A DNA stretch of 64,000 bases from Octopus vulgaris (taxonomy: Eukaryota): the NCBI GenBank assembly GCA_951406725.2, contig OX597838.1, positions 26,474,001 to 26,538,000 of the forward strand, read 5' to 3'. This document shows positions 25,201 to 37,200 of the stretch, piece by piece. A model generated the notes under the pieces. The model was not told the origin of the DNA. It saw only the letters and a program-made list of their open reading frames with translations, and ran no database searches. Numbering within the stretch: the stretch's first letter is position 1; the number at the start of each line of letters is the position of its first letter. A program made the position numbers and the translations under genes.

Positions 25201-28183
25201 TCAAGGTATTTTGAGGGGTTTTCTTTTTTTTCTCACTCTTACTTTTTTTCCCCCTCTCATTCACTCTTTGTCTCTACCTCTTTCTTTTTCTCTCACTCTT
25301 ACTTTTACCCTTTCTTTTCAGTCATTTTCAACGAACCGCATCCATCTGATGTTGAACCACATCCATCTGATGTTGAAGACGAAACTTTTGAAGAAGAAGA
25401 ACTTACCGAAAGAGAGAGTGTAAATACTATTTTTGTCATTTTCCTTCTCATCATTCTTTGTTTCATTTATCCTGGCTTAGTGGTTAGAGTGTTACACTCA
25501 TGGATCATAGGGCTGTGGTTTCAATTCCTGTATCAGGCAGTGTGTTGTGTTCTGGAGCAAAGCCCTTCATTTCACCTCTCTTCCATCCATTCTGCTAACA
25601 AAAACAAGTAATCATGCAACAGACCAATGTCCCATCCAGTGGGGAATATATATATGCCTCAGAAAGCTGGAAACTTGGTCTTAGGAGTCAATATGACTCA
25701 AGGAGGAACTTTATCCATCCTCCGTATTTTGAAAGGATAACTGTGCCCTTTGGAGTAGCACCATCATCATCATAATCCCTTCTATTAAAGGTACACAGCC
25801 TGAAATTTTGGAGGAGGGGGACTAGTTGATTACATCAACCCCCCAGTGTTTCACTGGTACTTGATTTATCGATCCCAAAAGGATGAAAGGCAAATGTCGG
25901 CCCCGGTGGAATTTGAACTCAGAATGTAAAGACGGATGAAATGCCGCTAAGCATTTTGCTAGTGATTCTGCCAGCTCGCTACCTTTACCCTTTTGTTACT
26001 GTATTTATTTTGAGATGCTCCGTTTCTTTCAATTATTTTAAATATAAGAAAGAATTTAGTAAAATAACTTAGTTATCATTAAGTTAGTGTTAGGGAGTGT
26101 AAATTGTGACTAAGGTTTGGTGGAATATTTTAATTCAAAACTTATGAAAACAAGACATTTTACCACAGAGCCAGAGCCGGTTTCAGCCGGGTTAGTAACA
26201 AAAGGGTTAAATAATACTTTTGGCGTAAGGAAGGGCATCCAGCTGTAGAAACTCTGCCAGATCAGATTGGAGCCTGGTGCAGCCATCTGGCTCAACAGTC
26301 CCCAGTCAAACTGTCCAACCCATGCCAGCATGGAAAGCGGACGTTAAACAATGATGATATGAGTACTAATAATTCTTACTACTATAGGCACAAGGCCTAA
26401 AGTTTAGGGAAGGGGACTAGTAGATTACAATAACCCCAGTACTCAACTGGTACTTATTTCATTGACCCCCAAAAGGATGAAAAGTAAATTCAACCTTGGT
26501 GGAATTTGAACTCAGAATATAGTGGCAGACGAAATACCACTAGGCAATTTAGCTGATGTGCTAACGATTCTGCAAGCTTGCTGTCTTAGGTCAAATTACT
26601 GATATAGGCACAAGGGCTGGTATTTTTTTTTTTATCTAGTTTCTAGCTCACAAGCTGGGGCACCGCCATGGTGAGGTTAGGCAATACCATTAACTCAGTG
26701 TTTGTCTGGTGCCCTTTTTTTCTTTATTGACCTCACCTCCTCACTTCCAAAGGATGAAAGGAAAACTTGACCAAGGCCGGATTTCAACTCAGAGAAAATG
26801 CCTCCAGGATCATAGGGCTGTGGTTTCAATTCCTGTATCAGGTAGTGTGGAAATGCCTCCAGGCATTTTCTCTGATGCGCTAATGATTTTTCCCAGCTTG
26901 GCAGAGAAAGGGCTCGGTCGATATTAACCCCAGCACTTGGTTGGTAATCTATTTTAAAGAGTGTAGGGGCAAAGATGACTATAGCAGGATTTGAACTCAG
27001 AATGTAAACAGCTGGAAGAGATACAGCACTGTATTTTCCCCCATCAATCCTGCCATCTTGCTGCCTCCATAATAATATTCTTTTTAATCTTGACACAACA
27101 CTAAATAAAATGAAGTTCTAGTCAAGTTTGCTGTTGATGTAATCGATTATCCCTGTGCCTCTAATATTGCTGGCCTTATGTGCCAAAGTTTAAAGCAATT
27201 AAATGGCGAGGTGGCAGAATCGTTAGCACGCCTGGCAAAATGCTTAGCAGCATTTTGTCTGTCTTCACATTCTGAGTTCAAATTCTGCTGAGGTCAACTT
27301 TACCTTTTAATCTTTCAGGGTCAGGAAAACAAGTACCAGTTGAACACTGGGGTCAATGCAATCGACTTACCCCTCTCTCAAAATTGCTGGCCTTGTGCTA
27401 AAATTTGAAATTGTTATCATTATCACCGTTGTTGTTGTTGTCGTCGTTAGGGTGGCAAGCTGGCAGAAGTGTGAGCACGTCAGGTGAAACGCTTAGCAGT
27501 ATTTTGTCTGCTGCCACATCCCGAGTTCAAATTCCACTAAGGTCGACTTGGCCTTTCACCCTTTCAGGGTCAATGAAATAAGTACCAGTTACACACTGGG
27601 GTCAATTTAATTGACTAACCCCCAAATTTTCAAGGCCTTGTGCCTAGAGTACAAATTATTATTATTATTATCCTGTTTTGTCCCTTTATGTTTTCTAATC
27701 ATGTGTGTCAGCCCTTGTGGCCAATAAAAAGAATTAATTATTATTATTATTATTGTTTGTCTCAGGGATTGTTGAACATCATAGAGACGTGCAAGACAAA
27801 GATTTCTTGGCTACAGAAATTGTTGACCGAGGAGAAAAAGAACCGAATGTTGGACGAAATAAAGATACGAGAAGAAGTGACCAAAGAGGTGATGAAGCAG
27901 TTTGTTATCATTGAAAAGAGTTACAAGTGAGTAGACCGGTTTTATTTGTTGCTTAAATACACAGCTTCATTTGCTCTTTACTCTTTTATTTGTTTCAGTC
28001 ATTTGACTGCGGCCATGCTGGAGCACCGCCTTTAGTCGAGCAAATCGACCCCGGGACTTATTCTTTGTAAGCCCAGTACTTATTCTATCGGTCTCTTTTG
28101 CCGAACTGCTAAGTTACGGGGACATAAACACACCAGCATCGGTTGACAAGCGATGTTGGGGGGGCACAAACATATACCCACAC

Positions 28184-28226
<43 letters not shown>

Positions 28227-31200
28227 CATACACACGACAGGCTTCTTTCAGTTTCAATTTTCCAAATCCACTCACAAGGCTTTGGTCAGCCCGAGGCTAT
28301 TGTAGAAGACACTTGCCCAAGGTGCCACGCAGTGGGACTGAACCCGGAACCATGTGGTTGGTAAACCAGCTACTTACCGCACAGCCACTCCTGCGCCTGT
28401 CAGGATCATTTGATGGGTTTTTTTTTGTTGTTTTTTTTCCACCCTTTTCATGTCAACTTGCCTGAACCCATACTTGGCCCTGTCATACAAACACCCTGCT
28501 TAAAAGTGATCTTAATTAAAACCTATCAAAGTTTCATAGTAATTTTTTTTTAGGCATGGCTGTGTGGTAAGAAGGTGGTGAGCTAGCAGAAACATTAGCA
28601 CGCTGGGTGAAATGCTCAGCGGTATTTCATCTGTCTTTATGTTCTGAGTTCAAATTAATCCGTTTGTCTGTCCTTGTTTGTCCTCTCTGTGTTTAGCCCC
28701 TTGTGGGTAGTAAAGAAATAGGTATTTCATCTGTCTTTACGTTCTGAGTTCAAATTGTGCCGAGGTCGACTTTGCCTTTCATCCTTTCGGGGTCGATTAA
28801 ATAAGTACCAGTTATGCACTGGGGTCGATATAATTGACTTAATCCGTTTGTCTGTCCATGTTAATTTATAATCAGAGTACCAGCTTGAAGACACTAATTA
28901 AAATTCATGTTAATTTATAATCAGAGTACCAGCTTGAAGACACTAATTAAAATTCCATGTTAATTTATAATCAGAGTACCAGCTTGAAGACACTAATTAA
29001 AATTCCATGTTAATTTATAATCAGAGTACAAGCTTGAAGACACTGATTATAAATTAACATGGAATTTTAATTAGAGTACCAGCTTGAAGACAGTTAATTT
29101 ATTAACCTTATTTTCAAGTATAATTGAAGTGTATATCAACAGGAATATGATACTGAAAGGTTTAAATAAATGCAGGCATAATTAATTGATATTCATCTCT
29201 GTTTTCATTTGGTAACAGTGAAAAGCTCCGTGCAAGTCAGCTGGAAGCAGAAGAAAGGTCGAATCGGTGTGTATTGAAGATGCTGAACACCGTAAGCTCC
29301 AAGAAGCGTTCTCATGATGAGGTGGAGAGTGAAGAGAAAGTTGTACCTTTGCATGTATTTGAAGAACTGCAGGAGAAGAAACAGGTAGGCTGGATAATGG
29401 CTTCTTTGGATCTGAAATGTGTTTGTGTTGGTGGTATTTGTATCTCTTCAAAGGCGGCGAGCTGGCAGAATCGTTAGCATGCCGGGCGAAATGCTAAGCG
29501 GTATTTCGTCTGCCGTTACGTTGTGAGTTCAAATTCCGCCGAGGTCGACTTTGCCTTTCATCCTTTCGGGGTCGATAAATTAAGTACCAGTTGCGCACTG
29601 GGGTCGATGTAATCGACTTAATACCTATATCTGTCCTTGTTTGTCCCCTCTCTTTCTAGCCCCTTGTGGGTAATAAAGAAATAGGTATTTGTATCTCTTC
29701 ATGAGGCGGCAATCTGGCAGAAACGTTAGTATGCCGGGTGAAATGCATAGCTGTATTTCGTCTGCTGTTACATTCTGAGTTCAAATTCCTCCAAGGTCGA
29801 TAAATTAAGTACCAGTTGCGCACTGGGGTCAATATAATCGACTCGATCCGTTTGTTTGTCCCTCTGTGTTTAGCCCCTTGTGGGTAGTAAAGAAATAGGT
29901 ATATCGTCTGCCACTACGTTCTGAGTTCAAATTCCACCGAGGTCAAGTTTGCCTTTCATCCTTTCGGGGTCGATAAATTAAGTACCAGTTGCGCACTAGG
30001 GTCAATATAATCGACTTCATCCGTTTGTCCTTGTTTGTCCCCTCTGTGTTTAGCCCTTTGTGGGTAGTAAAGAAATAGGTATTTCGTCTGCCACTGCGTT
30101 CTGAGTTCAAACTCCACCGAGGTCGACTTTGCCTTTCATCCTTTCGGAGTCGATAAATTAAGTACCAGTTATGCACTGGGATCGATATAATTGACTTAAT
30201 CCGTTTGTCTGTCCTTGTTTGTCCCCTCTGTGTTTAGCCCCTTGTGGGTAGTAAAGAAATAGGTATTTGTATTTCTTCATCTCTCGGGGTTGTTGGTGTT
30301 TAGTAGTGCTTGTATGTCATATGGCATTGTTTGATTGTGTTGCTGGATGCCAACCACTACAAGGGTGTAGTAGGTACTTTTTACGTGCCACCACCATCGG
30401 CCATGATTACAATCTCACTTGGCTTCTCAGGTCTTCACAAGCACGGTATATCAACAACTGAGACCTTTGGCAAAACTACCATGCTTGTGAAAACCTGTCA
30501 GGCCAAGTGAGGTCGTGGCCGATGCCAGTGTCTCATCAATGGCACCCATCCTGGGGGTACATAATAAGCACCCACTGCACTCTTGGAGTGGTTGACATTA
30601 GGAAGGGCATCCAGGCATAGAAACCAAGCCAAATCAGATGGGGACCTGTTTGCAGCTCCCCGGCTTACCAGTTTTCAGTCAAACTGTCCAACCCATGCCA
30701 GCATGGAAAAAGCAGATGTTAAATGATGATGATGATGCTGTTATTTGATAGTATGTGTGGTTGTCTCTTGATGTATGTGTATACATGTAATGCACACCTG
30801 TAGTTGGCACTTAGGTGATAGTGTTGTTATGTATGTGTGTGCGTATCAGAGAGAGAGGCAAGCAATCATGTCATTTGAAATTATTAAAAAACTAATTGTA
30901 TTTAAATTATATTCTCTCTTTTCCTTCTGTCAGGAATGTGAATTGAAAATCGAAAAACTAAACCAACAGCTCGAATCGACAAAAGCTCAGCTGCGAAGGC
31001 TGACATTGGATCGTTCTGCATTGCAATCAGAGAAGACCTCCTTACAACTGCAATTAGAGGTTCCTGGTCTCTACAAGAATCCGGTAAGTCTCTTGGCTAT
31101 GAAATGAAATGAAATGCCTCATTATCCTTAACCCTTTTGATACCAACCCGGCCAAAACCGGCTCTGGCTCTGTAGTACAAATGTCTTACTTTCATAAGTA

Positions 31201-34200
31201 TTGAATAAAAATCTTCCACCAAACCTTAGTCACAATTTATGTTCCCAACACTAGCTTAATGATAACGAAGTCCCTTTACTAAATTCCTCGTTATATTTAA
31301 AATTAATTGAATGAAACACACAACATCTCAAAATAAATACGGTAACAAAAGGGTTACAAAGGGAACTTGTTTGGCAGTCACTGAGTATTAAAAGAAACAT
31401 CTGATGGTTTATTCTATCCTCTTGTGTTCTGAGGTCAGCTTTACCTTTCATGTTTCTGGGATTCATAAAAGGCAAATGAGTCTATGGCAGCCAACTTGTG
31501 GGATTAAAGCATCTCACAAGATACATTATAATATCTTTATCTTTACTCTTTTACTTGTTTCAGTCATTTGACTGCGGCCATGCTGCAGCACCGCCTTTAA
31601 TCGAGCAACTCGACCCCGGGACTTATTCTTTTGTAAGCCCAGTACTTATTCTATCAGTCTCTTTTGCCGAACCGCTAAGTAACGGGGACGTAAACACACC
31701 AGCATCGGTTGTCAAGCAATGCTAGGGAGACAAGCATACACGCACACACACATATATATACGACAGGCTTCTTTCAGTTTCCGTCTACCAAATCCACTCA
31801 CAAGGCATTGGTCGACCCGGGGCTATAGCAGAAGACACTTGCCCAAGGTGCCACGCAGTGGGACTGAACCCGGAACCATGTGGTTGGTTAGCAAGCTACT
31901 TACCACACAGCCACTCCTGCGCCTATCTGATTCAGTTCTTTGCATTCTTAGTTCAACTCCTGCCAAAGTCTAATACTTATACTTCAGCCTTTCTCTTCTG
32001 TAGGCCATCGATGGATTTCCTCTTGACTCTGGCCTGTCCTTTTTGCATTCCTCATATTAGATTCCTGCTTTTTTTCAGCTCTATCTCAGTATCCTACCAC
32101 CAGCTATTTTATCTTCTACCTCCCTTATGACTTCTAGGTCAGAACATGACGTGTAATGCAGAATGTTGGTTTCCATAATATGTGGTCTGTCCTTTCAGAT
32201 TTTGCTGCACCCCATCGTGTTTCCCTGAGAGAAGGCTTTTCTCCACTGTTCTGTTCTGTTCTTAAACTTGGGCTGTCTCTTCTGCTTCTCTCTCATCATA
32301 TCCCTGCTTTTACCATCTCTACCTCAGTGCCCTACCACCAGCTACTTTTGGAGCATTCTCTCTTCTTCCCCTTATGGGTTCTTATGGGTTCTAGGTTAGA
32401 GCCAGATGTTGGTTTCCTTTTATTTCCCCAAGGGAAGGCCTCTTTCTCCCAGGTTTTGTTGGTGTTCAATTACCATTGATGCTTCTTTGTTTTTTGTTTT
32501 ATCTAGAGGTGTCGGTCCGACATAAATCCATTTTCACCTCTGGGAAGAGGTGGTCTATATTATCTGACCTCTTCCTTTGACCTGTTAAGCATGGGAGACC
32601 CTAACCAGGAACTTGCACTCTGCTAGCATAATTCTCAGGGTCATTGAAGCACCCAAGTCATTACACTGTAACAAGGACTGGACCTTGTGGTGACCATAAC
32701 CTAATTAGGTGTAAGCTTTTCATCTGTAGGGCAGGGTCTGGTGGGGACTTTAGTCGAGTTGTTGCATTTTTACAAGCCAGGTATCCTGTTTGAGTACATC
32801 TTTGCCTTCTTCCTCTGCTTCTCCAATCTTGGAGTCCCTGGAAATTGTCATGGACAGTACCCTTCCCTCACGACTAAACAATATTACCAAAAGAAAACAA
32901 AGCAACTTGTCTGATCTGATCCTTACCATGAGAAACAAGTCTTCCCCTGGATAACGTGCTAGTCCACTTTGTAATCCTTAGCAACTAGGCCAACTGTGGG
33001 ACACGTAGACTTACATTTAGTCTAGTTTGTTTTTAATGTTTTAGTCAGGGTATGGTAGAGGGCAGTAGCCATATCTTCAGTTGAACCCCTACAGTAGCTG
33101 GAGATGTAGCAGAAGACACTTGCCCTAAGTGCTGCTCAGTAGGACTCACCCTGGGACCAATGGTTGGGAAACAAGCTTCTCAGCCACACAGCCACACTTG
33201 CACCTATTCTTCCTCTATTTAAGATAATGTTGTTTAACCCTTTTGTTACTAACCTGGCCAAAATCGGCTCTGGCTATGTGGTAAAATGTCTTGTTTTCAT
33301 AGGTTTTGAATTAAAATCTTCAACCAATGGTCATGGACAATACCCTTCCCTCACGACTAAACAATATTACCAAAAGAAAACAAAGCAACTTGTCTGATCT
33401 GATCCTTACCATGAGAAACAAGTCTCCCCCTGGATAGTCACAATTTATGTTCCTAACACTAACTTAATGATAACTAAGTTATTTTACTAAATTCTTTGTT
33501 ATAGTTAAAGTAATTGAAAGAAACACAGAGCATCTCAAAATAAATACGGTAACGAAAGGGTTAATATAGACTTTAAAAAAATATCAAGTATTTTACCTGT
33601 CATATGAAATGTACGATTATTAGGCAGTCTGTATGATATTTATTTTGTTCGTTTTGTTCAGGTGGATAATACAAGTATGGGCGACAACATTGAACAGGCA
33701 AATGTCTTGAACAAATTGACCAGTATGCTTAGAGACACCCAAGAAAAACTGGGAAATAAGGTATGTTTTAATCCTTTTGTTACCATATTCCTGTTAAAGA
33801 AATATATCCACTTTATTTCAATTAATTTAAAAGATAATGAATATAGTAAAATAATTTCCATATTCCTATCAAAATATATTTCAATTAATTTCCAAGATAA
33901 AGAATATAGAGGATATATTGGAGCAAAGATTGTTTGCCAACATAACATGGCAGTCCTTGTTTAGGACGAATGTTGCTGTAATTTAGCTCCAGGAGACATC
34001 ATCTCCAGATGGCTATATGACACGATCTGTGTCATTTTCGAACAACAATATCTGGATCTTTTCCTTTTGATCGGCAGATGTCAACACAATTTCTAGTTAA
34101 CTAAACACTTTTAAACTTCATATACTGGTAGAATGTGTTTATAAAACATCATATATTATAAAACCTCATAATTCTATAGTTTGTAACATATTTCCACTAT

Positions 34201-37200
34201 AAAATCGAGCATTTTGGCAATTTTAACCAATCAAATATGTCCATTTGGAGTCAAAACATACCGTGCTGTATGAATATGCCCCCTCGTTTAAGAAACAGAT
34301 TGGGTTTATTTACATTTGCGAAGAAAAAAGATACCCTTTCCCCATCCCACCCACCCCTAACCCTAATCCTAAAATAGATTGAAATGCAATAGATCGATAC
34401 CAGGGCCATAATTATGGGTGACATTTTCATTTGACACCGCTAGAAAAAAGTCCCATTTTCCATAACGGTGTCGTATGAAATCGTCACCGATAATTATGGC
34501 CCTGGTATCGATCTATTGCATTTCAATCTATTTTAGGGGTGGGGGAAGGGTGTCTTTTTTTCTTTGCAAATGTAAATAAACCCAATCTGTTTCTTAAACA
34601 AGGGGCATATTCATACAGCACAGAATCTTTTCACCCCAAATGGAAGTGAGCGATTGGTTAAAATTGCCAAAATGCTTGAGTTTAAAGTGGGAATATGTTA
34701 TAACATATAGAATTTTCTCAATAAAGCCAAGAAAAAAATGATATTTTATAAACACATTCTACCAGTATACGAAATTTAAAAGTGTTTAGTTAACTAGAAA
34801 TTGTGTTGACATCTGCCGTTCAAAAGGAAAAGATCCCAATATCTGTATCGTGATTTCCGGGTTGTTTCCTTTTGTCAGCACAGAATAACTGTTCGGCTAG
34901 AGGTGGCGCTGCCAAATTCCCGTTGGAAATACATAGCTTTCAAAGTGACAACTAGTCACTGATCTATAAATTAGGATATATTCCTGGCAAAATATATCCT
35001 CTTTATTTCAATTAATTTCAAAGATAATGAATATAATAAAATGATTTAAGCTGATTGATGGGACATAAACTAACCTGAAAATTTTAATAGGAAATTTTAA
35101 TTTACATCACTAGATGCCCTTCCTAATGCGAACTACTCCGAGAGTGTAGTGGGTGCTTTTACATGCCACCGAAACGAGGGCCAGTTAGGTGGTACTGGCA
35201 ACGGCGATGTTCAAGTGGTGCTTTTTACATGTCACCTGCACAGGTGCCAGTCCAGCGTCACTGGCAACGACCTCGCTCAAATGTTTTTCATGTGCTGCCA
35301 GTAAGGTGCCGCTGGTAATGATTATGTTTGAATGGTGCTTTTTATGTGCCACCAGCATGAAAGCCAGTCAGCTGCTCTGGCAGCAATCACGCTCGGATGG
35401 TGCCCTTAGCGCTCCACTGGCATGAGTGCCAGTTATCGAATTTGTGAATTTGGACATGCTTGCTTTTCCATGCTTGCATGGGTTGGATGAAATTTGTTGA
35501 GGCAGATTTTCTACAGCTTGATGCCCTTGTTGTTTCCATCCTCTACCTGTTTCCAGGTAAGGTAATACTTCTCACCTGGACACGTTTCTCATGGTGATGC
35601 TCGTTTACAATCATTAAATGATGCCAAGTCAAGACTCTAAGCACACATGACAGGCTTCATCAGCATCACCATCATCGTTTAACATCCACCTTCCATCCTG
35701 GTATGGGTTGAATGGTGTGACGGGAGCTGGCCAGGCAGGAGCCTGCACCAAACTTCTGTGTCTGTTTTGGCAGGGTTTTTTACAGCTGGATACCCTTCCT
35801 AAGGCCAACCACTTTACAGAGTGTACTAAGGGCTTTTCAGGTGGCACCAGCACAGGCGAGGTTAGTTTTGGCATGATTTTTACAACTGGATGCCCTTCCA
35901 AATGCCAACCACTTCAGAGTGGACTGGATACTTTTTATGTGACATCAGTAGTGGCAGGGTCACCAAGTAACTTGCAAGATAAGAAACTTTTGAAGGGGGA
36001 TGGGGAGTTGGTGGAGGTGTTTCTCTGCACCAAATCCACTCATGAAGTTTTGATTGGCCCAGGATTATAGTATAAGACACTCGACCAGGGTATAACACAG
36101 TGAGATTGAACCTGAAATCAAAGTGGCCAGGAAGAAAATTTTATCGCAGCCATGTCTGACTAGGCATTTGAGAAATATCGTGAAGGTAAGGTGTCAGGAA
36201 AGATTTAACTGCTTTTTCTTGCATGGTGAGAGGTCTAATTACGCTTGTAGTCATGGAAGTTGCTTTGATGTTCTAGGAATCTGCCGTGAATGAATTGGAA
36301 GAGCAGCTCGAAGAAGCTGGTGAAACTTTCAAAGAACAACAAGAGAAGATAGAGCAGCTGGAGAAGATGGTGAAAGAAATGAAGAAGGTAAGAAAGATAT
36401 TGTTGAACTCTTTGTTTGGTTTATGCTTCGGTAGATGTAAGGTGTCTTTCTTCAGTTGTGAGACTCATAGGGTAGATGTAAAGTGTCTTTCTTGAGTTGT
36501 GAGACTCATAGGGTAGATGTAAAGTGTCTTTCTTGAGTTGTGAGACTCATAGGAGTGCTTTCCTGGTTTCCATCATCATCATCATCATCATCTAGCTTCC
36601 GTTTTCCATGCTGGCATGGGTTGTACGGTTTGACTGAGAACTAGTAAGCTGGGGAGCTGCACCAAGTTCCAATCTGATTTGGCATGGTTTCTATGGTTGA
36701 ATGCTTTTGCCTTTCCTAATGCCAGCCACTCTTGAGAGTGTAGTGAGTGTTTTTTTTACATACCACTGGCATTGGTCACAACTACGATCTCACTTCGTTT
36801 GACAGGTTTTCTCAAGCACAGTTATATCACCAAAGGTCTTGGTCACTTGTCACTGTCTCTGTGAGGCCCAACATTCAAATAGGACTGTTGCCATAGTAAC
36901 GACACTAAAGCAAAAGTCTTGGTCACTTGTCACTGCCTCTGTGAGGCTCAACATTCAAATGGGACTGTTGCCATAGTAACAAAACTAAAGCAAATGTCTC
37001 GGTCACTTGTCACTGCCTCTGTGAGGCCCAACATTCAAATAGGACTGTTGCCATAGTAACAAAACTAAAGCAAATTTCTTGGTCATGTGTCACTGCCTCT
37101 GTGAGGCCCAACATTCAAATGGGACTGTTGCCATAGTAACGAACCAAAAGCAAATGTCTTGGTCACATGTCACTGCCTCTGCGAGGCCCAACATTCAAAT

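Noticed and set aside
28857-29092. CRISPR-like repeat/spacer array
   Set aside because: Spacers are identical (one inverted), the context is a eukaryotic intron, and there are no cas genes.
34350-34372. Interstitial telomere
   Set aside because: Only about three degenerate CCCTAA units, located inside a TIR element.
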